DNA from: an uncultured delta proteobacterium
GTDB taxonomy: Bacteria; Myxococcota; B64-G9
Reading direction: 5' to 3'
Assembly (NCBI GenBank): GCA_963754925.1
Contig: CAVWHX010000004.1
Coordinates: 1,216,001-1,280,000 of the forward strand
DNA length: 64,000 nucleotides
Under the pieces are notes generated by a model that did not search any database, had not been told where the DNA came from, and saw nothing but the letters and a program-made list of their open reading frames with translations. The stretch's first letter is position 1. Each line of letters starts with the position of its first letter. Below are positions 21,655-31,151 of the stretch, piece after piece. Position numbers and translations under genes: made by a program.

Positions 21655-22761
21655 TTAACTAACTATACCTCGCCCATAAGTAGATAATAATATTCTCAGG
21701 AAATAAGCCGATAAGAACGAAACCACAATAATTGTCAGAAGCGATGATGGCATGAATTCGTGTGAGGTTAACCCAAGGTACCCGAAACATCGAGAGCAGA
21801 ACCCAATTACTATAATATGTATACAATATACGCCCAGAGTTAATTCAGCTAATTTTTGAATTATCCTTGCATAAATAGAAGTTTTTTTCACGAATAGTAT
21901 TGCAAATAGAAAAAACAAAGAAAAGGAACCCAATAAAACACCAAATCCCCCGTATCCGAAGGTCTTCAAGGTATCGCAGCTCCAAATCAAGTAGCCTATT
22001 ACTGCAAATACTATTATCAATAATGTCGAATACAATCTATTTTTAGATAAATAAGTGTAGTATCTTAATATAAATCCCAAAGAGAAGAAAGGAACGAATT
22101 CAATAAACCTACCCAGGGTAGCTTGCATATAATCATTAAATGTTGAAAATATGCTCCAATTAAATCCAGAATACTGGAGGAAGAAACTTACTGATATCAG
22201 TAATATGAGTAGCAAGGTATGATAACGTTCTTTGACCACATATGAGAATAAGATGTAAAAGCTAATGTTCAACCAAAGTAGATCGATAAGGTAATAGAGC
22301 GGCTGATTCACCACACAACCAAATAATAACTGATAGGTGATAACCTTAAAGGTTATAAAGTTTCTGTATTGAGTTATCCCATTGGTAGCACCTAGGATAT
22401 GAAAAGATGACAGAATATAAAATAAAGTTAGGTATACAAAGCTCCAGACAACCACTGGTTTATAAATGCGCCAACCTCTAGAGAGAAAGTGGGACTTTGA
22501 AAGGTTGGAATTAATAATATTAGGTGTCAGGTAGGCTGATAATATGAGAAAAACAGGAACAGCAAGATTCCTAAGATAAGCGAAAATTGGACTAATATCA
22601 ATTAGGTATTTATAACTATCTGCATGGTTGCCTATAACCAAGATCGTCAGGATTATTCGTAGAAGATCAAGTGAAATATACCTTTCTTTGGCAGATATCG
22701 TCTGCGTAGAGAATTGTCGAGAAAGATTTTCGTTATTCCTATGTTGATTCCTAAATTGCAT
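21655..22761 (-). CDS. Acyltransferase-3 (OafA-like) membrane O-acyltransferase
   Basis: SLDLLRII..LVI.NH, AVPVFLILSAY, LGVYCIH; about 10 TM segments; very AT-rich. Confidence 0.85.
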   Translation of the reverse strand: MQFRNQHRNNENLSRQFSTQTISAKERYISLDLLRIILTILVIGNHADSYKYLIDISPIFAYLRNLAVPVFLILSAYLTPNIINSNLSKSHFLSRGWRIYKPVVVWSFVYLTLFYILSSFHILGATNGITQYRNFITFKVITYQLLFGCVVNQPLYYLIDLLWLNISFYILFSYVVKERYHTLLLILLISVSFFLQYSGFNWSIFSTFNDYMQATLGRFIEFVPFFSLGFILRYYTYLSKNRLYSTLLIIVFAVIGYLIWSCDTLKTFGYGGFGVLLGSFSLFFLFAILFVKKTSIYARIIQKLAELTLGVYCIHIIVIGFCSRCFGYLGLTSHEFMPSSLLTIIVVSFLSAYFLRILLSTYGRGIVS

Positions 22762-22981
22762 TTTATTTCCAAGTAAGGCTATAAAAGCCAGGTGCCATTC
22801 TTATATTGAACAATTTTCCATCAACGGCACGTCGGAGTATATAACCCTTATTCTGAGTAACATCAACGTATTATTGACAACGTTTAAGATACATCGAATC
22901 TTTATAGACAAGTTGTCAATTTTGTTTTTTCGATGATACCAGCTTAGCGCTTGAGAGGTTTTTTTGTTGAAAAGGGTGTAA

Positions 22982-24112
22982 ATGGAAGATTTAGGTGGAT
23001 CAGTTTTATTGACGAACATTCTTGCCGGTGTCAAGCCTCTGGTAGCACCAACGAGAGCGTGGGACGAGCTTCCCTCCCTTGCATTGGCAAACCAGTTGAG
23101 TGGTTACGTGGAGCATTGCCTCAGAAGGATCCGCACTGCACCCGCTTCTATCCGGAAACACCTTCAAAAGGACCACAAAAGTATGGTTGCCTTGAACATT
23201 ATGTCAGATATAGTATTAAAGGAGGTTGGTTCGGCGTTAATAAAGGGCGGTGTTCGATTCCTTCCGCTCAAGGGAGCGGCGCTGCGGCACTTAGTCTATC
23301 CCGACCCGGCCTTCAGAAGCTCTGCTGACATTGACCTGCTTGTAATCCCCGGAGAACTACAGATAGCAGACGAAATCTTGCGGTCTGCCGGTTTTGAACG
23401 ACTTTTGTATCTACCTGGCAGGCCGGTGACAAGAGCAACATTTCACGAACGCGGATTTATCCACCGGAAGATCAAGAGCCCCGGATCGCTCATCGAAATA
23501 CATGACAGTCTCACGCAGCCGCAACGGTTCCAGATAGACGCTAGAGGTCTTTGGGCGCGTGCGTGGAATGTTGATCGGATGGAGAAAATGCTAAACAAGA
23601 AACTGGAGAATCTTCCGTTCCCTCGTGACACGTTATTTCTTTCGCCGGAAGATACTCTTATTCATCAGGTTATTCATAATACGGTCCACGTGTTCAACAT
23701 CCCGTTGCGTGCGATCCTCGACACTAAACTCATTATCGATAACTTGTCGCCCGATTGGAACGAGGTTATAAACCAGGCGCGAGCCGCGCGTGCGTCGATC
23801 TCTGCGTACTTCACCTTGAAGATCGCAAAGAATCTCCTAGCGGCAGATGTGCCCGACAACGTGCTTGATGCCCTTCGTCCGAGCAAGGTCCGTGAGAAAT
23901 GGCTATCTGTTTTCATTTCCGAAGAACCCGTCCGATCAACAACCCATCCTGAAGTGTTCTCCGGTTTCTTCCGGTTTGATGTAGGCCTTCGAGTTCAAGA
24001 AGCTCTCGTGGGTCTGGCACTTATTGATGGATTTGTTCAGCCAGCCACGTTTGCGCTTTCATACCTTGGACTAAGGATAGACGATCTTCTCGCGAGCTGG
24101 AATTCAGACTAG
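22982..24112 (+). CDS. Nucleotidyltransferase family protein (NTP_transf_5 type)
   Basis: LPLKGAAL..VYPDP..R.SADIDLLV, IEIH, LSPED.LIH..H. Confidence 0.85.
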   Translation: MEDLGGSVLLTNILAGVKPLVAPTRAWDELPSLALANQLSGYVEHCLRRIRTAPASIRKHLQKDHKSMVALNIMSDIVLKEVGSALIKGGVRFLPLKGAALRHLVYPDPAFRSSADIDLLVIPGELQIADEILRSAGFERLLYLPGRPVTRATFHERGFIHRKIKSPGSLIEIHDSLTQPQRFQIDARGLWARAWNVDRMEKMLNKKLENLPFPRDTLFLSPEDTLIHQVIHNTVHVFNIPLRAILDTKLIIDNLSPDWNEVINQARAARASISAYFTLKIAKNLLAADVPDNVLDALRPSKVREKWLSVFISEEPVRSTTHPEVFSGFFRFDVGLRVQEALVGLALIDGFVQPATFALSYLGLRIDDLLASWNSD

Positions 24113-24232
24113 CTCGCCAACTCGCCGAGGTTTGAAAGCATTTTTGGAATGAACCGCGACCATAGTGTAGAATGATCACCGACGCAAGCTTCCAAAGGCC
24201 AGAACAGTCCTAATTTTTGAGGAAAGTATACC

Positions 24233-24982
24233 ATGGGCAAGTGGCAGGATAGATATATCGATCGATTCTATCGATCTCGCCCTGGTTGGGTCGACGGAAC
24301 AACAGAGTTTCACGCTCTCTGCCGCGCTACCATTTTGCCCGGAAGTCATATCCTCGAAATCGGGGCAGGCCCGACGAATTCGACATCAGCGTTTCTAGCG
24401 ACCGTCGGCTTAGTTGACGGGGTTGATATTGATGCTGCGGTCCTAAAGAACGAGCATCTGAAAAAGGCTGCGATTATTGAACGCGATCACTATCCATATC
24501 CTGATTCGGTGTTTGATGCTTGCGTATCCAATTATGTTCTCGAGCATGTCCAGGATCCGCTTGCTCATTTTCGTGAGGTCCGAAGGGTCCTCGTACCCGG
24601 TGGGTGCTATGTGTTTCGAACACCAAATAAGTTCTATTACGTAAGTCTGGTTGCACGCCTGACGCCTCATTGGTTTCACAAGCTTCTCGCGAATCCTCTC
24701 CGTAATTTACCCAAAGATCAGATTGATCCATACCCGACATACTACGCCTGTAACAGCCAAAAGGACGTGGCACGATTTGCGTTTCTGACGGACTTTACCG
24801 TTGAGCACCTAAGGCTAATCGAAAAGGAACCTTCGTATGGTATGCAAGCACGCCCACTGTTTCTTGGCATGATGGCATACGAGCGCTTGGTCAACTCAAC
24901 TGAGCGCTTGGCCGATTTACGTGCCAACCTACTAGTGGTGCTGAGACGGGTTGTGTCCGTTGGGGCATTCATGAGAACATGA
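24233..24982 (+). CDS. Class I SAM-dependent methyltransferase
   Basis: ILEIGAG, FDACVSNYVLEHV.DP, RRVLVPGG..VFRTPN. Confidence 0.9.
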   Translation: MGKWQDRYIDRFYRSRPGWVDGTTEFHALCRATILPGSHILEIGAGPTNSTSAFLATVGLVDGVDIDAAVLKNEHLKKAAIIERDHYPYPDSVFDACVSNYVLEHVQDPLAHFREVRRVLVPGGCYVFRTPNKFYYVSLVARLTPHWFHKLLANPLRNLPKDQIDPYPTYYACNSQKDVARFAFLTDFTVEHLRLIEKEPSYGMQARPLFLGMMAYERLVNSTERLADLRANLLVVLRRVVSVGAFMRT

Positions 24983-27009
24983 CGCTATCTTTCATTATTT
25001 TTGTTATTGCAGCATCTATCGCTGCCGTACTTACGCCGTTTAGTCGTTGGGTGGCGGTTCGACTTGGTGCTGTTGATATTCCTGATCGACGGAAGATCCA
25101 CCGTGCACCAATGCCGCGCCTCGGTGGTGTCGCTATTCTGCTCGCTATTATCATACCCATTTTGGGATTGATGGTGGTGCAAGGTTCTCATTTTGGGAAG
25201 AACTATGGCATCAACCTTCAGCTGATAGTGTTGTTGTGCGGGGGTGTCGTAATTGCTTTCCTTGGTGCGGTTGATGATATCAAGGGAGTGCGTGCTGCCA
25301 TCAAGTTTTCACTGCAAGTTGTCTTGGCATTAGTGGCGTGGTTCGTTGGATTTAGATTTCAAAATATTGGTGTTCCTTTTTTGGGGCCCGTTCATCTGCC
25401 GATATGGATCGATCTGCCGGTCACTGTTTTATGGATTACGGGTATCATCAGCGCCATGAATATTGTTGATGGGTTGGATGGGTTAGCTGCGGGAATAGCA
25501 TTTTTTGTCTCAGCAACCAATTTTGTTATGGCGTATCGTTCTGGCAATGAATTGGGGATATTGTTCTCATCAACGATCGCGGGTTCGGTCATTGGTTTTT
25601 TATTGTTCAATTGGAATCCGGCTATCGTCTTCATGGGTGATATCGGTTCAATGTTCTTAGGATACATACTTGCTACTACTTCGATCATTACCAATCAAAA
25701 ATCGTCTACAGCAGTGGCTATGGTAGTGCCGGTTATTGCACTCGGTCTTCCGGTTATGGACACGCTGCTTTCAATCGTTCGGCGTTTTATTGAACGTCGG
25801 CCAATTTTTTCACCCGATAAGGGCCACTTACATCATCGGCTATTAAAAGCGGGATTTACCCAGCAAAAAGCCGTATTGACCCTTTATGCAATATCATTGA
25901 TATTTGCTGTTTCAGCTGTTGCTCTCACTGCGTTGCAAGACATAGAGACTGGGGTAATATTTGTAGTTCTCGCAGTTGCTACCATAACCATTATGCGTTT
26001 CACGGGCCTTTTCCAGCCCAAGAAAATTTTGCGAGCTTTCGGTAGGAACAGAATTGCAGAGCATCTGAGAGAAGGCATAGAAAAATTTTCTGTTGAAGTG
26101 ATAGAAGGGGCTAATTCAATAGATGATGTTTGGAATAAATTCGTTGACTTTTGTCGCAGCGCGGGATTTTACGAACTTGAATGGCGCACAGCCGGTATCA
26201 AACCATCGGATGCCAGGAATATAATACTCATAAATACCAATTCGGAAGATTATAAAAAAATCGCCGGTAAAGGAATACAAAGTGTCCGAACGACCGTGAC
26301 GTTTGATGCACCAGCCTTTTTCGATATCAAATTGAGGTTTCCCCAATCCCTTGGAAAGCTTGATCACGAGTTGAATGCAATGGTGCAATTGATCGGCGAA
26401 ATGATTGGATCATCGTTGCTTCAGCTCAGGGAGCGGGGGCTGTGGGTTGCAACAACAACGGCGAATACCGTCAATGCAAACGTGGAAAGCTCTATTCTGC
26501 ATGAGAATGAGGATACATCGAAGAAAATTCAATCTGATCGAGAAAGCATCTTAACAAAAGAACACCGGTTGGAAACATCAGTTGAATGTAATGATCCGGA
26601 TCACTTCGATTTGATACAAAACAATTCGTCCTCGGAAGGGTGTGTCAAATCATTGCACAATGATTCTTTTGAGGCCAATCCGATTTTTGACGATGCGTGG
26701 AAGAGATTTGTTGATATGTGTCGCGAACGCGGTTTTTATGGGGTCGGTTGGAAAACATACGGGGTCAAAGTTCCAGATTATCGAAAAATCATATTCAATG
26801 ACTCGGATACTCAAAGAAAAGTGATCAAATGGTCGGTATCGCTCAGCACGCTAGCTTTTGTCGAGCTGTGGTTTTCGTATCCTGGCAAAAACAAAAAGAA
26901 GTTCTCCCGTCAACTTAAAAAGGCCACGAAAAGCATTGCAACAGAAATAACAAAAAAGTTCGTCGGAATCTATCGGGAGGATGATGAGATGTTACACGAA
27001 AAACCATGA
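24979..27009 (+). CDS. wecA: Undecaprenyl-phosphate GlcNAc-1-P transferase (MraY/WecA family) with long C-terminal extension
   Basis: RKIH..PMPRLGG, DD, NIVDGLDGLA, FNWNPA.VFMGDIGS, PDKGHLHHRL; ~330 extra C-terminal residues. Confidence 0.9.
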   Translation: MTLSFIIFVIAASIAAVLTPFSRWVAVRLGAVDIPDRRKIHRAPMPRLGGVAILLAIIIPILGLMVVQGSHFGKNYGINLQLIVLLCGGVVIAFLGAVDDIKGVRAAIKFSLQVVLALVAWFVGFRFQNIGVPFLGPVHLPIWIDLPVTVLWITGIISAMNIVDGLDGLAAGIAFFVSATNFVMAYRSGNELGILFSSTIAGSVIGFLLFNWNPAIVFMGDIGSMFLGYILATTSIITNQKSSTAVAMVVPVIALGLPVMDTLLSIVRRFIERRPIFSPDKGHLHHRLLKAGFTQQKAVLTLYAISLIFAVSAVALTALQDIETGVIFVVLAVATITIMRFTGLFQPKKILRAFGRNRIAEHLREGIEKFSVEVIEGANSIDDVWNKFVDFCRSAGFYELEWRTAGIKPSDARNIILINTNSEDYKKIAGKGIQSVRTTVTFDAPAFFDIKLRFPQSLGKLDHELNAMVQLIGEMIGSSLLQLRERGLWVATTTANTVNANVESSILHENEDTSKKIQSDRESILTKEHRLETSVECNDPDHFDLIQNNSSSEGCVKSLHNDSFEANPIFDDAWKRFVDMCRERGFYGVGWKTYGVKVPDYRKIIFNDSDTQRKVIKWSVSLSTLAFVELWFSYPGKNKKKFSRQLKKATKSIATEITKKFVGIYREDDEMLHEKP

Positions 27010-27018
27010 TTTAATTTC

Positions 27019-29745
27019 TTATTCCAAGGTCTCGGATCTCGACTCTTCGGGATGCTCTTCTCTAACATTTTTCTTACTTGCGTTCTTGTTTATATTCTTG
27101 TTTTTTCCCGTATCCTTTTCCTTATCCTGATTCTTCACCCACGTATTCCACATCGCCTGGTCTTTTTCAGACTGTCGTCTCTTTGAAATCTCGTCGATTT
27201 TTGCCTGCATTTCTTTTGGCTGATAACTTTCGAGTAGCAATTGGTTGTAGATCCGCTCGGCCTCATCCCCGTTTCCCATCCGCTCTTCCATCCTACCGAC
27301 ATCGAGTAAGTACGAAGGCGCACTCGGCATAAGGCTCGTGGCAACGCGATAGAAGCGACGAGCCTCAACGAACAATCCGCGCGACTCTTGAATGTGACCC
27401 AAGAGGGAATTGACCTGCGCTTGACTGCTGTCGTCGGTTGGAGCCAAGGCATGCAAACGGTTAGCGATGTCCTCAGCCTCGGTTATCTTGCCGTTTTTGA
27501 GATAGAAGTCGGTTAACTGAAACGCTAAAGGAAGACTTTCCGGCTCCAGTTCGAAACCGGTTTGCCAGACCTTGAAGGCTTTTTCGGTCTCGCCTTTGGC
27601 GAACAGGGCCCTGCCTTCAATGAGATACCCATAGTCATGTTGCGGTTCGGTATCGATCAACTTTTGCGCCGTTTCGACTGCGTCGTCGAGCTTCCCCTGA
27701 CTTAACAGCAATTCAGCGAGCAGGTCGAGAACGTCCACTCGGGTAACATTGAGATCAACAGCTTTACGGCAAGCCGTGACGGCTGCGTCAACCTTGCCAA
27801 GGGTCCTCAAAATACGGGCGGTAGTCAGTAATCCGTCGGCGTCTTGCGGCGTGATGCGAATGGCTGCGTCGGTTTCTTTGGTAAGCGTTAGCACCTCGGA
27901 CACCAACGTGCTGAGCTGGGTGCGGTCAGCCTCGGCCGAAGCCTGATATTCGCTGAATGCTTGTTCACGCTTGCCCGCGAAGAGTAACGCCCTGCCAATC
28001 AGGTGATGCGCGACCGCGGATCCGGGATCGAGGTATATCGCCCGGGCAAGCCAATGCACGCTCCTGTCGAATGCCGGAGGTTTGGCATTGAGAAAGGCCT
28101 TGCCGACGATGAGGGGAGCGAGATAGTCGCCCGGGTGGTGGCGCAGCAGGTTGCACGCGGCCTCGCCGAGAGCGTTGCCGACACACGGTTCGGCAGCGCC
28201 GGTTTCCGCCTGCGCCTCTATCTCCTGGGTCTCCCGCGAAAGAGCATGCGTGCCGGCAAACGGCGCCGCCAGAATGCCAATCGCGAGCGCGCCGGGTATG
28301 AGCGCACTGGCGAACCATTTAGGGATCCGCGGACGAATTTCAAAGGGAAGCGGCCCGCCGGCATGCGAAAAGGGACTGGCGCACAGCATCGCCAGGACTG
28401 CTATGAAGGGCATTGCCACGCCGCCGATTTCAAGATTGAAATCCACGAGGTTGTGGAGCGAGACAATAAACACGCCGGCTAAGCATCCACCCATCGAGAA
28501 AGACTCACGCGCGCGAAAGAGCGCCATAAAGACCGTACCCGCGAAGATCAGCAGGAACAATCCCCCGAAAATCGGCCCCCACTCAACCAGATTTTGGATT
28601 ACCTCGTTTTCAGGGTGCGTGAAGGTTGCTTCTGACGGAACTGACTTGTAGCGCGGATAGACCGAAGCAAAGGCGCCGCGGCCGATTCCAACGATTGGGT
28701 GATCAAGAATCATCGGCACGGTGCCCTTCCAGGCATTGAATTTCAATTCCTCGCGCACGGCGCTTAAGTTGCCGAGTGTTTTCAGCTCGCGGAGAATGGT
28801 GTCATACGCCAAATAGCTGGCCACGGTGAGCACCCCGACCGCGATAAGTTGTACCAGAACGGCACGGCGCAATTGGCGGGTACGACGGGTGGCGGCGAAG
28901 AAAACCAAAAAGATCATTCCAGCGGAAAAGGCTACTATTCCTCCCCGGGAGAGACTCATAAATACCCCGACGCCCATGATCAATCCGAAAAAACCGTAGA
29001 AGGCGCGATCCTGGCGTTCGCGCGCCGAAAAGGCAAGGCCAATGGCAACGGGGGCGCACAGTCCCAACAACCCGGCTAAGTGATTGGGATTTATGAACGT
29101 TGAAAAAAAGAAGGAACCGGGGGGAATTTGGCGGATGCCAAAGATCGCGTTGGCATCAAAAAGCTTGAAGAAAAATCCGATAAGGGTCACTGAAAATCCC
29201 GCCCAGACCAGGACCTTCATCAATCGCCGGGCACGCTGGCGGTCATTGAAATAATTTATAACGGTGAAGAAAACCAACGTATAGGAAACAAATTTCATAA
29301 GCTCAAGAGCAGTTGCCGGTGGATCCAGGCTGAGCGATAGCCATTGGCCGTCTCCCCACAATCCGGTTCCGCTGAGTACATAATCGTAGAGCCCTGCCGC
29401 GTTGGGATCAAGCAGGCGTAATAGAAATGGGGGCAGGGGCAGCGCCTGTATAAGAGTAAAGAGCGTGACGAGACCCAAGGCCAGGCCCATCGGGAAAACC
29501 AGAAACGAAGTTTGATGATTGCGGAAGAAACGGCGGACTACGAGGGCGGAGAATGCGACGAGCGATAGGCCAAACATGACGCAGATCGACCACAGGTCAA
29601 CCGTTCCAAAGGCAAGCGGGGTGAAAAAGACGAGCGCATAAATCGGCAGTTCGACCGCCAGACTTTGCTGGCCCGAGGTGAGTACCGCGGCCGCGTTTTC
29701 CGTCTTCCCCCGCGCCTCGCGGCGCTTACGTCGGATGTAAGGCAT
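27019..29745 (-). CDS. O-antigen ligase (Wzy_C)-like membrane domain fused to C-terminal TPR array
   Basis: PLAFG, TFINPNHLAG, SLSRGG, GIGRGAF..YP, HPENE..Q..E.G, LHNLVDFN; multiple TPR-like helices. Confidence 0.85.
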   Translation of the reverse strand: MPYIRRKRREARGKTENAAAVLTSGQQSLAVELPIYALVFFTPLAFGTVDLWSICVMFGLSLVAFSALVVRRFFRNHQTSFLVFPMGLALGLVTLFTLIQALPLPPFLLRLLDPNAAGLYDYVLSGTGLWGDGQWLSLSLDPPATALELMKFVSYTLVFFTVINYFNDRQRARRLMKVLVWAGFSVTLIGFFFKLFDANAIFGIRQIPPGSFFFSTFINPNHLAGLLGLCAPVAIGLAFSARERQDRAFYGFFGLIMGVGVFMSLSRGGIVAFSAGMIFLVFFAATRRTRQLRRAVLVQLIAVGVLTVASYLAYDTILRELKTLGNLSAVREELKFNAWKGTVPMILDHPIVGIGRGAFASVYPRYKSVPSEATFTHPENEVIQNLVEWGPIFGGLFLLIFAGTVFMALFRARESFSMGGCLAGVFIVSLHNLVDFNLEIGGVAMPFIAVLAMLCASPFSHAGGPLPFEIRPRIPKWFASALIPGALAIGILAAPFAGTHALSRETQEIEAQAETGAAEPCVGNALGEAACNLLRHHPGDYLAPLIVGKAFLNAKPPAFDRSVHWLARAIYLDPGSAVAHHLIGRALLFAGKREQAFSEYQASAEADRTQLSTLVSEVLTLTKETDAAIRITPQDADGLLTTARILRTLGKVDAAVTACRKAVDLNVTRVDVLDLLAELLLSQGKLDDAVETAQKLIDTEPQHDYGYLIEGRALFAKGETEKAFKVWQTGFELEPESLPLAFQLTDFYLKNGKITEAEDIANRLHALAPTDDSSQAQVNSLLGHIQESRGLFVEARRFYRVATSLMPSAPSYLLDVGRMEERMGNGDEAERIYNQLLLESYQPKEMQAKIDEISKRRQSEKDQAMWNTWVKNQDKEKDTGKNKNINKNASKKNVREEHPEESRSETLE

Positions 29746-29800
29746 GTCGATTTTCTAACAAAAGATTTTTCAAAAAGCAATCATTCGATGACACCTAACA

Positions 29801-29826
29801 CTTTCACCTTGCCTCTCCCGCCAGCG
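29801..29826. repeat. Truncated CCTCTCCCGCCAGCG(GGAGAGG) REP-like palindrome
   Basis: Matches the left arm and loop of the palindrome reconstructed around the IS (29945-29961 plus 31152-31168). Confidence 0.5.
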
Positions 29827-29850
29827 AAGGTGTTGCAAAAGTCTCTGGAT

Positions 29851-29920
29851 GTCATTCCCACGGAAGCGGGAATCCAATCTTTTATAAGACTTCTGGACCC
29901 CCGCTTTTGCGGGGGTGACG
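29851..29920. repeat. Inverted pair of GTCATTCCC..GGGAATCC-type REP-like palindromes
   Basis: gtcattcccacggaagcgggaatcca (29851-29876) and, inverted, tggacccccgcttttgcgggggtgacg (29894-29920). Confidence 0.75.
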
Positions 29921-29976
29921 TGTTTTTTAGATAAAGATTTACCACCCTCACCCAACCTCTCTGTAGTGCCCCCCAT

Positions 29977-30753
29977 TTAGCAAGCCTTTTGTAAGAGAGT
30001 CTCGTGGCCAATGTGGTCCTGCTCGAATCGTACCGGTGATTGGTATCCAAGCGTTGAATGTAAATAGCTGTTGTTGTATTCATCAAGCCAGGAATTCAAG
30101 GCTTCAAAGAAAACGCTTGGACTCTTCCACTCACGAAGCCATACCAGTTCCTCCTTCAGCGTCCGCATGAACCGTTCCGTATCGGCGTTGCCTTTGGGGT
30201 TGTTATAACTCGTAAATGATTGTCTGATTCCCATGACAGCACATGCTTCCATAAACCCCACCGAGGTGGGTTGACAGCCATTGTCAGACATCAAATGCAG
30301 TTCATGTCCCCGAACTCCATCAGGAAATTGCCGATTCACGCCCTGGTTCAATGCCGCCAGCCAATGCCAGGCCTTCGACTGAACTCCCGCATAATGCCCC
30401 GTGACCTTCTTGGAATACCAGTCGAGGACAATAACCACATAGACCCAACCAAATCCATCGATCATGACCTTGGTCATATCGATGCCCCACCATTGGTTGC
30501 ACCGAACAGGGCGCGGTTTGCTGGTATGTGCTCGTCGCGTTGCTTTCAGTTTCAGATTGGGCATTACCAGAAGTTTGTGCTCTTTCATCAACCGATGAAC
30601 ACGCTTCTGGTTAATCTCGAATCCATCGATGTATTTCAAATGGGCCCAGACCCGACGATACCCCCAAAAAGGATGGTCGGCCTTTATCGTACGAATCCGG
30701 CGAACCACGGGAGCGTTACGCCGGTTCACCTTTTGGTAGGGTCCGCGGCTCAT
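29977..30753 (-). CDS. IS3-family transposase OrfB (DDE integrase core)
   Basis: WGYRRV, WGIDMT (D), MSDNG (D), ERFMRTLKEE (E), HSTLGYQSP; stop codon overlaps the IR. Confidence 0.93.
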   Translation of the reverse strand: MSRGPYQKVNRRNAPVVRRIRTIKADHPFWGYRRVWAHLKYIDGFEINQKRVHRLMKEHKLLVMPNLKLKATRRAHTSKPRPVRCNQWWGIDMTKVMIDGFGWVYVVIVLDWYSKKVTGHYAGVQSKAWHWLAALNQGVNRQFPDGVRGHELHLMSDNGCQPTSVGFMEACAVMGIRQSFTSYNNPKGNADTERFMRTLKEELVWLREWKSPSVFFEALNSWLDEYNNSYLHSTLGYQSPVRFEQDHIGHETLLQKAC

Positions 30754-31022
30754 TCCCACTCCTCGCTTTTTTTTAGCTCCATGGTCAGCTCACCCACCAT
30801 GGCTTTCAGGCGGGCATTTTCGTTTTTCAACCGTGCGGTCTTTTCGTCTGTTTTCTCTGTCTCAAACGCGCGGGCGGCGTTGTGTAAAAATTGATCCCGC
30901 CATTGATAGTACTGAGACTGAGAAATGCCGTGCTCGCTGCACAATTCGGCGATTTGTCGTCCTCGAAGGCCTTCGAGGACGACAAGGGCTTTCTTTTCCG
31001 AGGTCCAATTCTTTCGTTTCAT
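30750..31022 (-). CDS. IS3-family transposase OrfA (HTH plus leucine zipper)
   Basis: AGGAG RBS; KRKNWTSEKKALVVLEGLRG..ELC..HGIS.SQYYQWR..LKNENARLK..VGELTME. Confidence 0.9.
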   Translation of the reverse strand: MKRKNWTSEKKALVVLEGLRGRQIAELCSEHGISQSQYYQWRDQFLHNAARAFETEKTDEKTARLKNENARLKAMVGELTMELKKSEEWE

Positions 31023-31107
31023 TGGCTGCTCTCCTTGGTCCATGCAGCCACAAATACTCTCTTAGCTCAACCCAATTTCAAATGGGGGGCAGGATATCTC
31101 CTCCACT

Positions 31108-31151
31108 GGACAAGAGATTCTACGCCTCGCTTCGCTCGCTAGAATCTCTAG
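31108..31151. repeat. 44-nt hairpin repeat, copy 1
   Basis: Perfect 10-bp stem agagattcta/tagaatctct; reverse complement aligns with 54110-54153. Confidence 0.8.

Larger units (their letters stand above)
29962..31096 (-). mobile_element. IS3-family insertion sequence, 1135 bp, apparently intact
   Basis: Imperfect terminal IRs TGTAGTGCCCCCCATTT / TATCCTGCCCCCCATTT; TCTC direct repeat at 29958-29961 and 31097-31100; orfA plus orfB. Confidence 0.93.

Noticed and set aside
21615..22795. cacctggc / gccaggtg inverted repeat flanking the acyltransferase
   Set aside because: Only 8 bp across a few hundred bases of flank, compatible with chance; no target duplication
682..24112. Lasso peptide/RiPP cluster (AsnB-like, rSAM-SPASM, NTP_transf_5)
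   Set aside because: Both AsnB proteins keep an intact MCGI glutaminase domain; no precursor, PqqD/RRE or B2 peptidase is visible; context is glycosyltransferases
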